A DNA stretch of 64,000 nucleotides from Thermoproteota archaeon (GTDB taxonomy: Archaea; Thermoproteota; Methanomethylicia; Methanomethylicales; Methanomethylicaceae): positions 107,884-171,883 of the forward strand of contig VGLU01000002.1 of NCBI GenBank assembly GCA_016882195.1. The letters are read 5' to 3'. The position numbers and the translations under genes are program-made. Below the pieces are notes generated by a model. That model made no database searches and was not told the origin of the DNA. It saw only the letters and a program-made list of their open reading frames with translations. Shown here piece by piece: positions 48,308-60,624 of the stretch; the first letter of the stretch is position 1; the number at the start of each line of letters is the position of its first letter.

Positions 48308-49462
48308 TCATGCTAGTCTGTCCAGCGCCTCTCTGAGTTTTATAAAGTTGCGGTCCCAATCTGCCCTCTCAAAAACGGTCGATCTCGCATTTCTACTCAA
48401 AGTCTGCCGCAGCTTACTATCCGAAAGGAGCGCGATCAGCGTCGCAGCAAGCTCTTTTTTATCCTTCACAGGAAACAAGATTCCGTTTTCTCCGTTGAGA
48501 ATCCATTCCCTGTTTCCAGGGATATCGCTTACAACCGGTGGCGTTCCAACAACCATTGCCTCCATCAGACTCGCAGAAGAGCCGTCGGTAAGCGATGTCG
48601 AGACGTAAACGTCAGACAACGCCACCATTTTTATTATCTCATCTCTGGATATCCAATTTAAGACAGAAAAGTTACTCGCAAGACCCCGCGTCTCGATCCT
48701 CTCCCTCAATTTAGAGTCCTGCATCCCCCCTCCGATCAGTATGAAACGAGCGTTGTGTATTTTCATTACAACATCTTTCGCGGCCTCTACAAGCGTCTCA
48801 ACGTCATAAATTGGCTCAAATCTCCTTGTGCAAATTATGATCGGATCAGACGCTCCCCATCCCATCTTGGTACGCAGGTCATCTCGTTCTCTCTGATTCT
48901 TCCTTTTCGCAGAGATTGCTACTACCTCTTTGGGATCGAACCAAGGGAATATTATGAGCTTCTTGGGATCACAACCAAGTCTTAAGGCAGCCCTTGCTTG
49001 AACCAAACTGTCTAACAAAACGAGCTTCGCCCTCTTTACGCTAAACATTACTAGTGCCTTATATAGCAGAAATTTTGGTCCAAGTAGAACATCAGAACCC
49101 CAGACAAATAGGACATAATTTTGCTTTGACCAGAGCGCAGAGTAAAAACCATATGTCAAGGCCCAGTTGCCGATAAGAAGGTCATGTTTTATATGCCTTA
49201 GGTACAGATCAAATATGAAAATCCTCGTTACGAAACCTAGCGCTCTGGTAAATACCTTTGAGTAAAATCCCTCTTTATTACTAAATTTAAAGGGCACATC
49301 TGGCATCGTTATGACTTTGGCCTCTGGGACTAGCTCTTTGACGTACTCTTCTGCTTTGGGATCAAAAGTAAGTAGAATGGTTTTATAGTCATGTGAGAGG
49401 TGCTTTAGGAAGAGCACATCATAGGGAGAAGTACCGTGGTTCGCGTAAATAAGGGTCTTCAA
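48308..49462 (-). CDS. Glycosyltransferase family 1 (GT-B)
   Basis: C-terminal GGM...ASNFSV...LTDGSSASLMEAMVVGTPPVVSD, the E-x7-E-type GT1 region. Confidence 0.7.
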   Translation of the reverse strand: MKTLIYANHGTSPYDVLFLKHLSHDYKTILLTFDPKAEEYVKELVPEAKVITMPDVPFKFSNKEGFYSKVFTRALGFVTRIFIFDLYLRHIKHDLLIGNWALTYGFYSALWSKQNYVLFVWGSDVLLGPKFLLYKALVMFSVKRAKLVLLDSLVQARAALRLGCDPKKLIIFPWFDPKEVVAISAKRKNQRERDDLRTKMGWGASDPIIICTRRFEPIYDVETLVEAAKDVVMKIHNARFILIGGGMQDSKLRERIETRGLASNFSVLNWISRDEIIKMVALSDVYVSTSLTDGSSASLMEAMVVGTPPVVSDIPGNREWILNGENGILFPVKDKKELAATLIALLSDSKLRQTLSRNARSTVFERADWDRNFIKLREALDRLA

Positions 49463-49747
49463 CTATTGACACCGTGAACGTTCTATTCTCTCTTTTATAT
49501 CTATGGTATAGTGCATTCTTTTTTAATCTTCGCTCATACTATACTGCAAGACCATTAAAGCACATATTCCCTTTGCAAGCACGCTTCATCATTAAGAGTC
49601 ATGAGCACTTCGGATCTTGCTTGTACAGAAAATGAAACAAAATCGCTTTCCCTTACTTCTTTATAACGAACACTAGCCTAGCATATTCTTCGAATGCACA
49701 ACGCTCGTTTCTTGGAGTGAGCTCCCCGCTCTCACTTGCAACCATGA

Positions 49748-50377
49748 TCAAAAAAGAATAGCGGTCGCCAAGGTGCTCGTAAATGCTGTTTGGGGACGTT
49801 GGCGTTTCATGCACAACAAAACACCAGATAGGCATCTCTCGACGCAAAAAATCCTATTTATAAAGTTCTTTACAACTCGAATAGCCCTCCTTGCCCCTGC
49901 ACTCTCAAGCACCCTCTTACGGTAACCTTCTGCTATTTTCTTATTGTTAAGATTCTCGATGTCAAATATGACCACTCCACCAGAACGGGCCACTCTTAGC
50001 ATCTCATCAATCACCACATTCAAATTAGGGAAGTACCAAGTCGAGTGAAAACAGTATACGCAATCGAAGCTGTTGTCTGTATAGTATAAATTTTCTGCAT
50101 CCCCAACCTCGCATTTGATATTTGGGTTTAACCGTCCACACTCTTCAATAAGATCAGAGGAGATGTCCACTCCATAAATTTCATACCCTGTCTTTTGAAG
50201 AAAATCCGCAATAGGATAACCCGTTCCTATTGCGACCTCTAGGAGCTTTGAGCCTGTCGGTACGTTTTTACAGATGTAATTACAGAGATTCCTGTCGTAC
50301 TGGATGAATCCCATCGCTTTTCTTTCTTTAATCCAGTACTTTGAATAAACATCCTTCATGAACGTTTTTCTGTCCAT
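49748..50377 (-). CDS. Class I SAM-dependent methyltransferase
   Basis: LLEVAIGTGYP motif I. Confidence 0.6.
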   Translation of the reverse strand: MDRKTFMKDVYSKYWIKERKAMGFIQYDRNLCNYICKNVPTGSKLLEVAIGTGYPIADFLQKTGYEIYGVDISSDLIEECGRLNPNIKCEVGDAENLYYTDNSFDCVYCFHSTWYFPNLNVVIDEMLRVARSGGVVIFDIENLNNKKIAEGYRKRVLESAGARRAIRVVKNFINRIFCVERCLSGVLLCMKRQRPQTAFTSTLATAILF

Positions 50378-50451
50378 AACTTCTCATAATTCTGCCCATT
50401 CATATAGTATTTATCCTTTGCACACGAAGAACTAGCCCTGAGCCTGTAAAA

Positions 50452-51342
50452 TTATTTTTTAGCCTTCACATAGGCCACGTATTTTCTTAAACCCTCCTTG
50501 AATGTGTGTTTTGCCTCCCAGCCGAGAAGCTCCTTGGCCTTGGCGGCGCTGACGATCATCCCTTTGAAGTCTCCGGGTCTAGGTGGCTTATGCTCTATGG
50601 GAATATCGCCGAACATCTCCTTGAGTCTCCCCACAATCTGAAACATCGTTACGAATTCCTTTCCGGAGAGGTTGAATATCTGATTTTTTCCGCCGGGTTT
50701 CATTGCTGCAACATTGCCCTCCACAAGATCCTCGACATAGACCCAGTTCCTTCCCTGACTGCCGTCACCCATTATTGTGATCGGTTCCTTCGACATCGCC
50801 TTTCTCGTAAATATGGCGATGGCCATGTTTGAGCGCATCCTTGGCCCGTATGGGATATCGTACCTCAATATGGTGTATGGGAGACCGTACTGAGAGTTCC
50901 ATGCCGTTAACAGATGTTCCTGCCCAATCTTCGTCTTGGTGTAGACGTGATCGGGGTGAGGTAGCGGCGTATTCTCATCAACCCTCTCCCTGAGCTTCCC
51001 ATAGACCCACGTCGATGATGCCAACAAAACCCTCTCGACCTCCTTAGCCATGCCCGCCCTTACGACATTCAGCGTGCCTACCTCGTTCACCTGTATGCAT
51101 AGTTGGGGATTGGCTATGGCCATGTTGACATCGGCGATGGCCGCGAGGTGGAATATCTGATTCACATCCGTGCAGGCCTCTACAACCTCGTCCTCATTGA
51201 GGAGGCTGCCATTGACCCATTGTACATCCTCGCGGTGCGGCTTCACCTTATCGAACACCCTTACATCGTATCCCTTCTTAATCAGCTTATCCACCAAATG
51301 GCTGCCGATGAAACCTGAACCGCCTGTGACTAAGACGACCAT
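50452..51342 (-). CDS. NAD-dependent nucleotide-sugar epimerase/dehydratase
   Basis: VLVTGGSGFIGSHLV; 296 aa. Confidence 0.75.
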   Translation of the reverse strand: MVVLVTGGSGFIGSHLVDKLIKKGYDVRVFDKVKPHREDVQWVNGSLLNEDEVVEACTDVNQIFHLAAIADVNMAIANPQLCIQVNEVGTLNVVRAGMAKEVERVLLASSTWVYGKLRERVDENTPLPHPDHVYTKTKIGQEHLLTAWNSQYGLPYTILRYDIPYGPRMRSNMAIAIFTRKAMSKEPITIMGDGSQGRNWVYVEDLVEGNVAAMKPGGKNQIFNLSGKEFVTMFQIVGRLKEMFGDIPIEHKPPRPGDFKGMIVSAAKAKELLGWEAKHTFKEGLRKYVAYVKAKK

Positions 51343-51353
51343 CTTTCTCCCTC

Positions 51354-52490
51354 CTAGGATAACTCTTCCTTTAACGTATTAATAACATACTCCGCGTCCT
51401 CTTTTGGCATATCTGCATATATTGGCAACTCCACCATCCGTGCACAGACATCTTCTGCGACTGGGAAGTCTCCCTCCTTCACTCCCAACAGTTTCCGATA
51501 TGCCGGTTGCATATGAAGAGGCGGCCAGTAGACCTCGCCGCCACATCTGACCCCCTTCTCACGCATCCTCTTCTTGAAACCATCACGGTCGATGCCCTTC
51601 CTCAACAGGATCGTGTATTTGTAGTAGTTGTGGACGAAGCCCTCGGGGACCTCTATCAACTCTACCCTCTCAAAATTCGAGAGTTCCCTGTCGTACAACC
51701 GTGCCACAATGTTGCGCTTCTCAATTATCTCGGGTAACCGCTTCAACTGAGAGAGGCCTATGGCGGCGCTTATCTCATTCAGTCGCCAGTTGTATCCCAG
51801 CTCCACGATTATATTGCTGTTGAAGGACTCCTTACCTTGGTCTCTCAACACTCTGGCCTTCTCAACAACCTCTTGGTCGTCAGTTGTTATTATGCCTCCC
51901 TCGGCGGTAGTCATGACCTTTGTTGGATAGAAACTGAAGCATCCCGCCGTGCCGAAGGAACCAGCGAACCTTCCAAAGGCCTTGCAACCTTGGGCGTGGG
52001 CCGCGTCCTCTACCAATGCGATTTTTTTATCCTCGCAGATCTCCTTTATCGCCCTGATATCAGGGCAGATGAGCCCGCCAATATGAACTACCATAACCGC
52101 CTTCGTTTTATTTGTTATGGCGCCCTTCACGTCCTCCTCTCCTATACAGAGCGAGCTGGCTTGAACATCGGTGAATACTGGCTTGCCGCCAGCAAAAACT
52201 ATGGAAGCAGCGGTGGCCGTGAAGGTGTTTGTAGGGACTATGACCTCCCAACCTCTCAGTCTTAAAGAACGGAGTACGATCTCCAAGGCACTGGTGCCTG
52301 AGTTTACTGCTACCCCGTATTTCATTCCATGATAGCTGGCATAATCCTCCTCAAATTTTTTGGTGTACTCCCCCATCGTGAGCATACCGCTACTAAGTAT
52401 CTTCTCCACGTCGATCTTAATGGACTCTATGTCCTCGGGCAAGAAGTAAAGCCTCAAAGGCGGAACATTCCTCAAAATGATCCCTCGCAA
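51354..52490 (-). CDS. DegT/DnrJ/EryC1/StrS family sugar aminotransferase
   Basis: SFYPTKVMTTAEGG Lys region; 378 aa. Confidence 0.8.
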   Translation of the reverse strand: MRGIILRNVPPLRLYFLPEDIESIKIDVEKILSSGMLTMGEYTKKFEEDYASYHGMKYGVAVNSGTSALEIVLRSLRLRGWEVIVPTNTFTATAASIVFAGGKPVFTDVQASSLCIGEEDVKGAITNKTKAVMVVHIGGLICPDIRAIKEICEDKKIALVEDAAHAQGCKAFGRFAGSFGTAGCFSFYPTKVMTTAEGGIITTDDQEVVEKARVLRDQGKESFNSNIIVELGYNWRLNEISAAIGLSQLKRLPEIIEKRNIVARLYDRELSNFERVELIEVPEGFVHNYYKYTILLRKGIDRDGFKKRMREKGVRCGGEVYWPPLHMQPAYRKLLGVKEGDFPVAEDVCARMVELPIYADMPKEDAEYVINTLKEELS

Positions 52491-52658
52491 TGGAATAGTG
52501 TAATTATTATAATATTAATTGTTTTGGGAGAACTCCAATCTATTTAAGCCTTTATAGTTACATGTCATTTCTTCTAGAACACATCACAAAAACAAGACGT
52601 AGCACCGCAATTGTAAAACGATCTGATGGCAACTACACATCAACTAGAACTCAATCGA

Positions 52659-53639
52659 TCACTGCCCTTCTTGTAGTCCTAGCTCCCGATTGACCTCATC
52701 CATCTTAAGTTCCTCAAGGTCTCTCAAATGTCTCAGCACTATGCCGATGGACTTTAGGAAGTATGTGGTTGCTCTTGCGTCCCTGCTCGAGAATGATTTA
52801 CCAAGGCAGAAAAGAAACTTCCCGAGTTGGGATCGGAGGAGAACGGTGAAACTTCCAAAGTCATGAGGCATATTCTTGAAGAATAAATAGAAACTGTAAA
52901 CGTTGCACATCTTTATGCGGGCATAATTGGTCATGCGCGCCTCCATCGAGGTCTTATGCACAAGCCTAGCAGTCGGGACGCAGAAGAGCCTGTCTGTAAA
53001 CCTCTTGTGAACGCGGTATGAAAAGTCAAGATCCTCCTTACAGGCCCATCTTAATAGCGCCTCATCAAAATGGAAATAATTGAACACCATGCGTCTGTAA
53101 CTCTGGTTACTTCCGGCGAGACGCTCGCACACAAACGGGTGGTCTTGATTGTATGGCAGAACCTCCTCTGTTGAGGAAAGCACCCTTACCCTACGATCAT
53201 ATCTGTAGTGAGTTAGAGCAAAAAACGCTCGAAAGGCATTATTTCGTCCTGTTATCGGGAGATCGTTGATGGTTGTTCCCTGTGCACCAACGGCCTTTGG
53301 GTGCGACTCGTAGAAACTACGGATCTCCGACAGATAGTTGGGCGCCAACTCAACATCATCATCTATGAAGAGTATGATATCTCCGGAGGTCTTACTACTC
53401 CCGATATTGCGGGCCACGGTCAAGCTCCGTGCTCGAGTATTTCGAAAATAAATAAACGTCGTCCCTTGTTTCTTGAACTCGTCCTGATAGGATCTGACGA
53501 GCTCCTCCGTCTCGTTCTCGCTGCTATCGTCTATCACCACCACTTCATGGGGAGCCTCAGACTGCCGTAAGAGCGATAACAAAGCGTCCTGAAGATCCTT
53601 CTCACGTTTATAGGTGGCTATTACGACAGAGATCTCCAT
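52659..53639 (-). CDS. Glycosyltransferase family 2
   Basis: ISVVIATYKR...VVIDDSS...LFIDDDV (DxD) GT-A motifs. Confidence 0.75.
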   Translation of the reverse strand: MEISVVIATYKREKDLQDALLSLLRQSEAPHEVVVIDDSSENETEELVRSYQDEFKKQGTTFIYFRNTRARSLTVARNIGSSKTSGDIILFIDDDVELAPNYLSEIRSFYESHPKAVGAQGTTINDLPITGRNNAFRAFFALTHYRYDRRVRVLSSTEEVLPYNQDHPFVCERLAGSNQSYRRMVFNYFHFDEALLRWACKEDLDFSYRVHKRFTDRLFCVPTARLVHKTSMEARMTNYARIKMCNVYSFYLFFKNMPHDFGSFTVLLRSQLGKFLFCLGKSFSSRDARATTYFLKSIGIVLRHLRDLEELKMDEVNRELGLQEGQ

Positions 53640-53739
53640 AACTTTTAGATCCGACTGTTACGGATAAAAAGCTGTCCCCCCCACAAAACTATTTAAAATT
53701 CGGGCAATACTATGGGCAACTTGGGGGTTAACAGAGACA

Positions 53740-55143
53740 ATGATCAGATTGGCCTTGGTGAGCCTCAACCAGACCTCCTCTGATCCCCCGCTCGGTCTGG
53801 CGTATCTAGCCTCATACCTAAGGAAAAACATGGAGATCGATGTCGTCATCGTGGATAAAGAAGACCTCCTTGCCGGAACCGTAAGGTCAAAGCCCGATGC
53901 TGTGGGCATATCCGCGATGTCTACAGAATACCCGGTTGCGAGAAGTCTTGCTAGGGCCTTGCGACAGGAATTGGAAGTCCCGCTAATGCTTGGGGGCCAT
54001 CACATCACCGCCATGCCATCCCATGTCGTTGACTTTGACGTCGGCATCATTGGCGAAGGAGAACAGACTCTGTTGGAGGTCATGTGTCTCATCGAGATGG
54101 ATGGGGGTCTAAGCCAAGACAAGTTAAAGTTGATAAAAGGCGTGGCGGGGCACGGCTTTGTAACTGAAAGGAGGGGCCTGATCGATCCAATCGACGCGAT
54201 CCCCTATCCCGCAAGGGACCTTCTGAGGATGAAGGACGTTTATCTTGTACCCAGAAGGCTCGATTTTAGCAAGTTCTCGGTTGGCACCACTCTGTTCACG
54301 AGCAGGGGGTGCCCATACGATTGCACGTTCTGTTCCTCTTGGTGCTTCTGGGGGAGGAAGATCCGCTTCCACTCCGCCGGGTATGTGGTGGGCGAGATAA
54401 AGGAACTGGTTGACAGATGGCACGTAAAGGAATTCCTCATTTATGACGATCTGTTTGCCATGAACTTGAAGCGGCTTGAGGACATTGTCAATAAACTAGG
54501 GGAAGAAGGACTGCGAGGTGAAGTCGAATTCCTTGCTCTTGGCCGAGCAAATCTCATCAACGATAAGGTATGCGACCTGCTCAAGAGGATGGGCGTCCGA
54601 ACCATGGGCTTTGGCCTTGAGTCTGGCTCGGAGAAGACGCTTAGCTTTCTAAAAGGCAAGAGCGTTACGGTAAAACAGAACTGGGACGCGGTAAGGCTCT
54701 GCAAGAAATACGGCTTTAATGTCACGGGTAGCTTTATTATAGGCAATCCTGGCGAAACCGAGGAGGATCTCGAGCAAACCTACAAGCTTATGGCAAGTCC
54801 CTACATAGACTTTATAGAACTGAACCAGCTCACCCCTCTGCCTGCAACCGAGCTGTGGGACTTTGCCAAGTCAAAGGGGCTGGTCGACGACTCTCCAGAC
54901 TTTGACTACACTAAACTCTTCGTCACCCACTTCAAGTCCGACTTTTATCTGGGCGACCTAGACATCAAGACGTACCACAAATGGTTCGAGAAACTGGAGG
55001 TCTTGAAGCGACAGAAGAATTATCGGAGACTGACTATTAATCTCGCTTTCTTAAAGTGGATCTTTAACCCTGCCTTTATCAAAAAGGCGATGCGCCATCT
55101 CAATGAGATCCCGACCTACATCCGAAACGTATTCAGACACTAA
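53740..55143 (+). CDS. B12-binding-domain radical SAM enzyme (class-B rSAM methyltransferase-like)
   Basis: N-terminal cobalamin-binding-like domain, then SRGCPYDCTFCSS (CxxxCxxC). Confidence 0.7.
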   Translation: MIRLALVSLNQTSSDPPLGLAYLASYLRKNMEIDVVIVDKEDLLAGTVRSKPDAVGISAMSTEYPVARSLARALRQELEVPLMLGGHHITAMPSHVVDFDVGIIGEGEQTLLEVMCLIEMDGGLSQDKLKLIKGVAGHGFVTERRGLIDPIDAIPYPARDLLRMKDVYLVPRRLDFSKFSVGTTLFTSRGCPYDCTFCSSWCFWGRKIRFHSAGYVVGEIKELVDRWHVKEFLIYDDLFAMNLKRLEDIVNKLGEEGLRGEVEFLALGRANLINDKVCDLLKRMGVRTMGFGLESGSEKTLSFLKGKSVTVKQNWDAVRLCKKYGFNVTGSFIIGNPGETEEDLEQTYKLMASPYIDFIELNQLTPLPATELWDFAKSKGLVDDSPDFDYTKLFVTHFKSDFYLGDLDIKTYHKWFEKLEVLKRQKNYRRLTINLAFLKWIFNPAFIKKAMRHLNEIPTYIRNVFRH

Positions 55144-55176
55144 AAAATGAAAGGCACGCAAAATAAAAATCTCAGG

Positions 55177-55251
55177 TGGGCCCGGAGGGATTCGAACCCT
55201 CGACCAACAGATTATGAGTCTGTCGCTATGGCCGGACTAAGCTACGGGCCC
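55177..55251 (-). tRNA. tRNA with CAT anticodon, probably tRNA-Ile2 (agmatidine-modified) rather than elongator Met
   Basis: Reverse complement has the cloverleaf with anticodon loop CTCATAA. Its acceptor and T-arm (GGGCCCG...GGTCGAGGGTTCGAATCCCTCCGGGCCCA) are nearly identical to tRNA-Ile(GAT) at 19643-19717. Confidence 0.7.
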
Positions 55252-55410
55252 TCGCATGAAAAAACACACTTCGTGAATTTATCCCTTTTGGGTCTGGCTC
55301 TGATTCAAAAAACACACGCCGCAGGCTATGTTTGGTCTTCTATACATTAAAAACATCCAAAACCTCATTACCCGAACCATTGAAGTGCGACGGGTCTCCT
55401 CCACCGCGTT

Positions 55411-56484
55411 TTACATTTTTAGTGCGTACTCAAAAATATCTGAAAACCGCTTTTCATAGGTATGCTCTCTCAGAACCCTTTCATAGCCTCTCTGGGCTAT
55501 TTCCTCCCTCTCCCCTTCGTTTGCCAAATAATACTTTATCTTCTCGGTGGCGTCATCCATGTCTTGATAGGTTACGATCTCCTTACCTGACGTGAGGTAC
55601 TCTGCTATCTCCCTTGTATCTTTTGTTAGCAGCAGGCTTCCGCACCCCACCGATTCAAAATCTCTTCCTTTAACACAAAAGACTCTTTCATCCGTCCAAG
55701 CAAACGATATGTTTAGAATTATCTTACTCTGATTGAATATCTTTATCAGATCCGACTGTGTAACTCTGCCACCTTCTCTCCAGCCCTGCCCAAAAGCCGC
55801 TACATTTATCCCCTTCTTTCTTAAAGTCTCAACAAAATTCTCTCTCTCGCCGTAACATCTTCCTACAAAACACACGTCGTATTTCTTTGGTAGGTTCAAT
55901 TTTCTATAAATAAAATGGTTGTAGCCCCACTGGCTCAGGAACACGTTATTGAAGCCTTCTCTTATCCTTCTCTCATAACCGTTCTTTTCGGTCGTAACAA
56001 CGAGGTTGAATAGTTCCCAAACAGCCCTCTCACTTTCGTAGTTTACGTGATCATCAGACAACCAAATAACCGTCTTAGTAGGCAACTCTTCGGAGATCTC
56101 CTTTATAACGTCATGACTGATCCAGTCATGATAATGACAGTAGAACAGGACGTCGGGCTGATAGTAGTAGACCGCCTCGCGCAGAATTTTGGACATCTTT
56201 TCAAGACCAAATCTTTGTTTTAACCGGTCGCTAACAAAGTAGATCAAGGAAAGGTCCATGTTGAGAAGAGTGTAAAAGAAATTGTAGTGCTCAAAACTTA
56301 ATCCCATGTTTTTCTTTTCATAATCGTACCTGGTGCCTATGTACAAAATCTTCTTTTTACCCTGTTTTATATGCCTCTCCAGCTCCTCCTCCATTAACAC
56401 CTCAATTGAGCGATTGTCTAACATCCCGCGAAAACGGTCTAACCCTCTGTAGCCTTTGCCTATGGCCCTGCTTAATACGTCCAT
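55411..56484 (-). CDS. CgeB-like glycosyltransferase (DUF3880 + Glyco_trans_1_2)
   Basis: C-terminal KIFNQSKIILNISF...GSLLLT pattern of the CgeB family. Confidence 0.5.
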   Translation of the reverse strand: MDVLSRAIGKGYRGLDRFRGMLDNRSIEVLMEEELERHIKQGKKKILYIGTRYDYEKKNMGLSFEHYNFFYTLLNMDLSLIYFVSDRLKQRFGLEKMSKILREAVYYYQPDVLFYCHYHDWISHDVIKEISEELPTKTVIWLSDDHVNYESERAVWELFNLVVTTEKNGYERRIREGFNNVFLSQWGYNHFIYRKLNLPKKYDVCFVGRCYGERENFVETLRKKGINVAAFGQGWREGGRVTQSDLIKIFNQSKIILNISFAWTDERVFCVKGRDFESVGCGSLLLTKDTREIAEYLTSGKEIVTYQDMDDATEKIKYYLANEGEREEIAQRGYERVLREHTYEKRFSDIFEYALKM

Positions 56485-56631
56485 GTTCTCACCTTTAGAA
56501 AGGTCAATCCCATAACGCTCAAATGCTTCCTTTGGTTCTCTCTTAAATTAACTTTAACCCTCTTCCTCTACCTTGTCTAACCCAAACCGCTTCTGGTCTG
56601 CCAATGCCTTAACTGCTCATTATTTCTGTCA

Positions 56632-59471
<2,840 letters not shown>

Positions 59472-59718
59472 CCTCTCTTTCTAATCCTTTCACCACAATA
59501 AATATTTTTTACTCTACGGCGTCTTTTGATAGTTTAATAATTTCTTCCTTATACCATAATTGATGTGCTTAAACCCTCTTAGTATGTTGTTTGTACCTCC
59601 TTCTGGGAGAAAACGCAGGCTATTTGCTGCTTACCATAATGGCATCTTTCATGAACAATGAAAACTTGTCTTAAATAATCCGTAAGTCCTTTTATTGCCG
59701 TAATACAGAGTAATTAAT

Positions 59719-60486
59719 ATGCGAAAGTTCAACAGCATAAGCTATGTGGTGCTTAGATGGGCAAGGGAAGTGGCCGATCCCATCAAATTCATAACGTCAG
59801 GTCCAAGGTACTTGGACTTTTTTATGGATTGGCACCGGTATTCCAGGCTGAAAGGTGCTGAGCCTATCAAGATCTCCGAGACATGGCCGTGCATTCACGA
59901 TAAGACGGAAACGACCGATTTTGATCATCACTATTTCTATCAGGACATATGGGCCTTCAACAAAATTTACAAATCAAAAGTTGACTGCCATGTCGATGTC
60001 GGCTCACTAGTCTACTTTGTTGGCTTCTTGACGAGAATCACAAAGGTGATCTTTATCGACATCAGACCATTGATGGCGACTCTTGATAATTTTGAATCGA
60101 GAAGGGGCAGCGTACTCTCCTTGCCGTTTGAGGACAGCTCCGTGAAGTCCTTATCCTGCCTTCATGTGGCTGAGCACATAGGTCTAGGGAGATATGGTGA
60201 TCCACTCGAGCCGCTTGGGACAAAGAAGGCGTGCAAAGAGTTATCCCGGATCCTGGCCGTAAATGGGAATCTTTATTTCTCAATACCCGTCGGCAGGCCT
60301 AGGCTGTGCTTCAACGGTTGCCGCGTCCACGCCCCAAGGCAAATAGTTGAATACTTCAATGATCTCGAACTCGTCGAGTTCTCAGGAGTAGACGATGGTG
60401 GAAACTATCTGAATAATATTGATCTGTCAAAATTGGAAGATTCCGATTATGCATGTGGGTTCTTTTGGTTCACGAAGAAAAAATGA
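59719..60486 (+). CDS. DUF268-like putative methyltransferase
   Basis: HVDVGS and LHVAEHIGLGRYGD motifs recalled for DUF268. Confidence 0.45.
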   Translation: MRKFNSISYVVLRWAREVADPIKFITSGPRYLDFFMDWHRYSRLKGAEPIKISETWPCIHDKTETTDFDHHYFYQDIWAFNKIYKSKVDCHVDVGSLVYFVGFLTRITKVIFIDIRPLMATLDNFESRRGSVLSLPFEDSSVKSLSCLHVAEHIGLGRYGDPLEPLGTKKACKELSRILAVNGNLYFSIPVGRPRLCFNGCRVHAPRQIVEYFNDLELVEFSGVDDGGNYLNNIDLSKLEDSDYACGFFWFTKKK

Positions 60487-60624
60487 GCCCTCCAAATCGC
60501 AACCGATCGCTCTCGCCCAAACTCTCGCGATTATGGCGCATTTTGCCAAACGAGAGAAGGATGATTATGCAAAATATAATATTATGTTATGCCGTGATAG
60601 CATAATTGTTAGTGGGGTACAACC

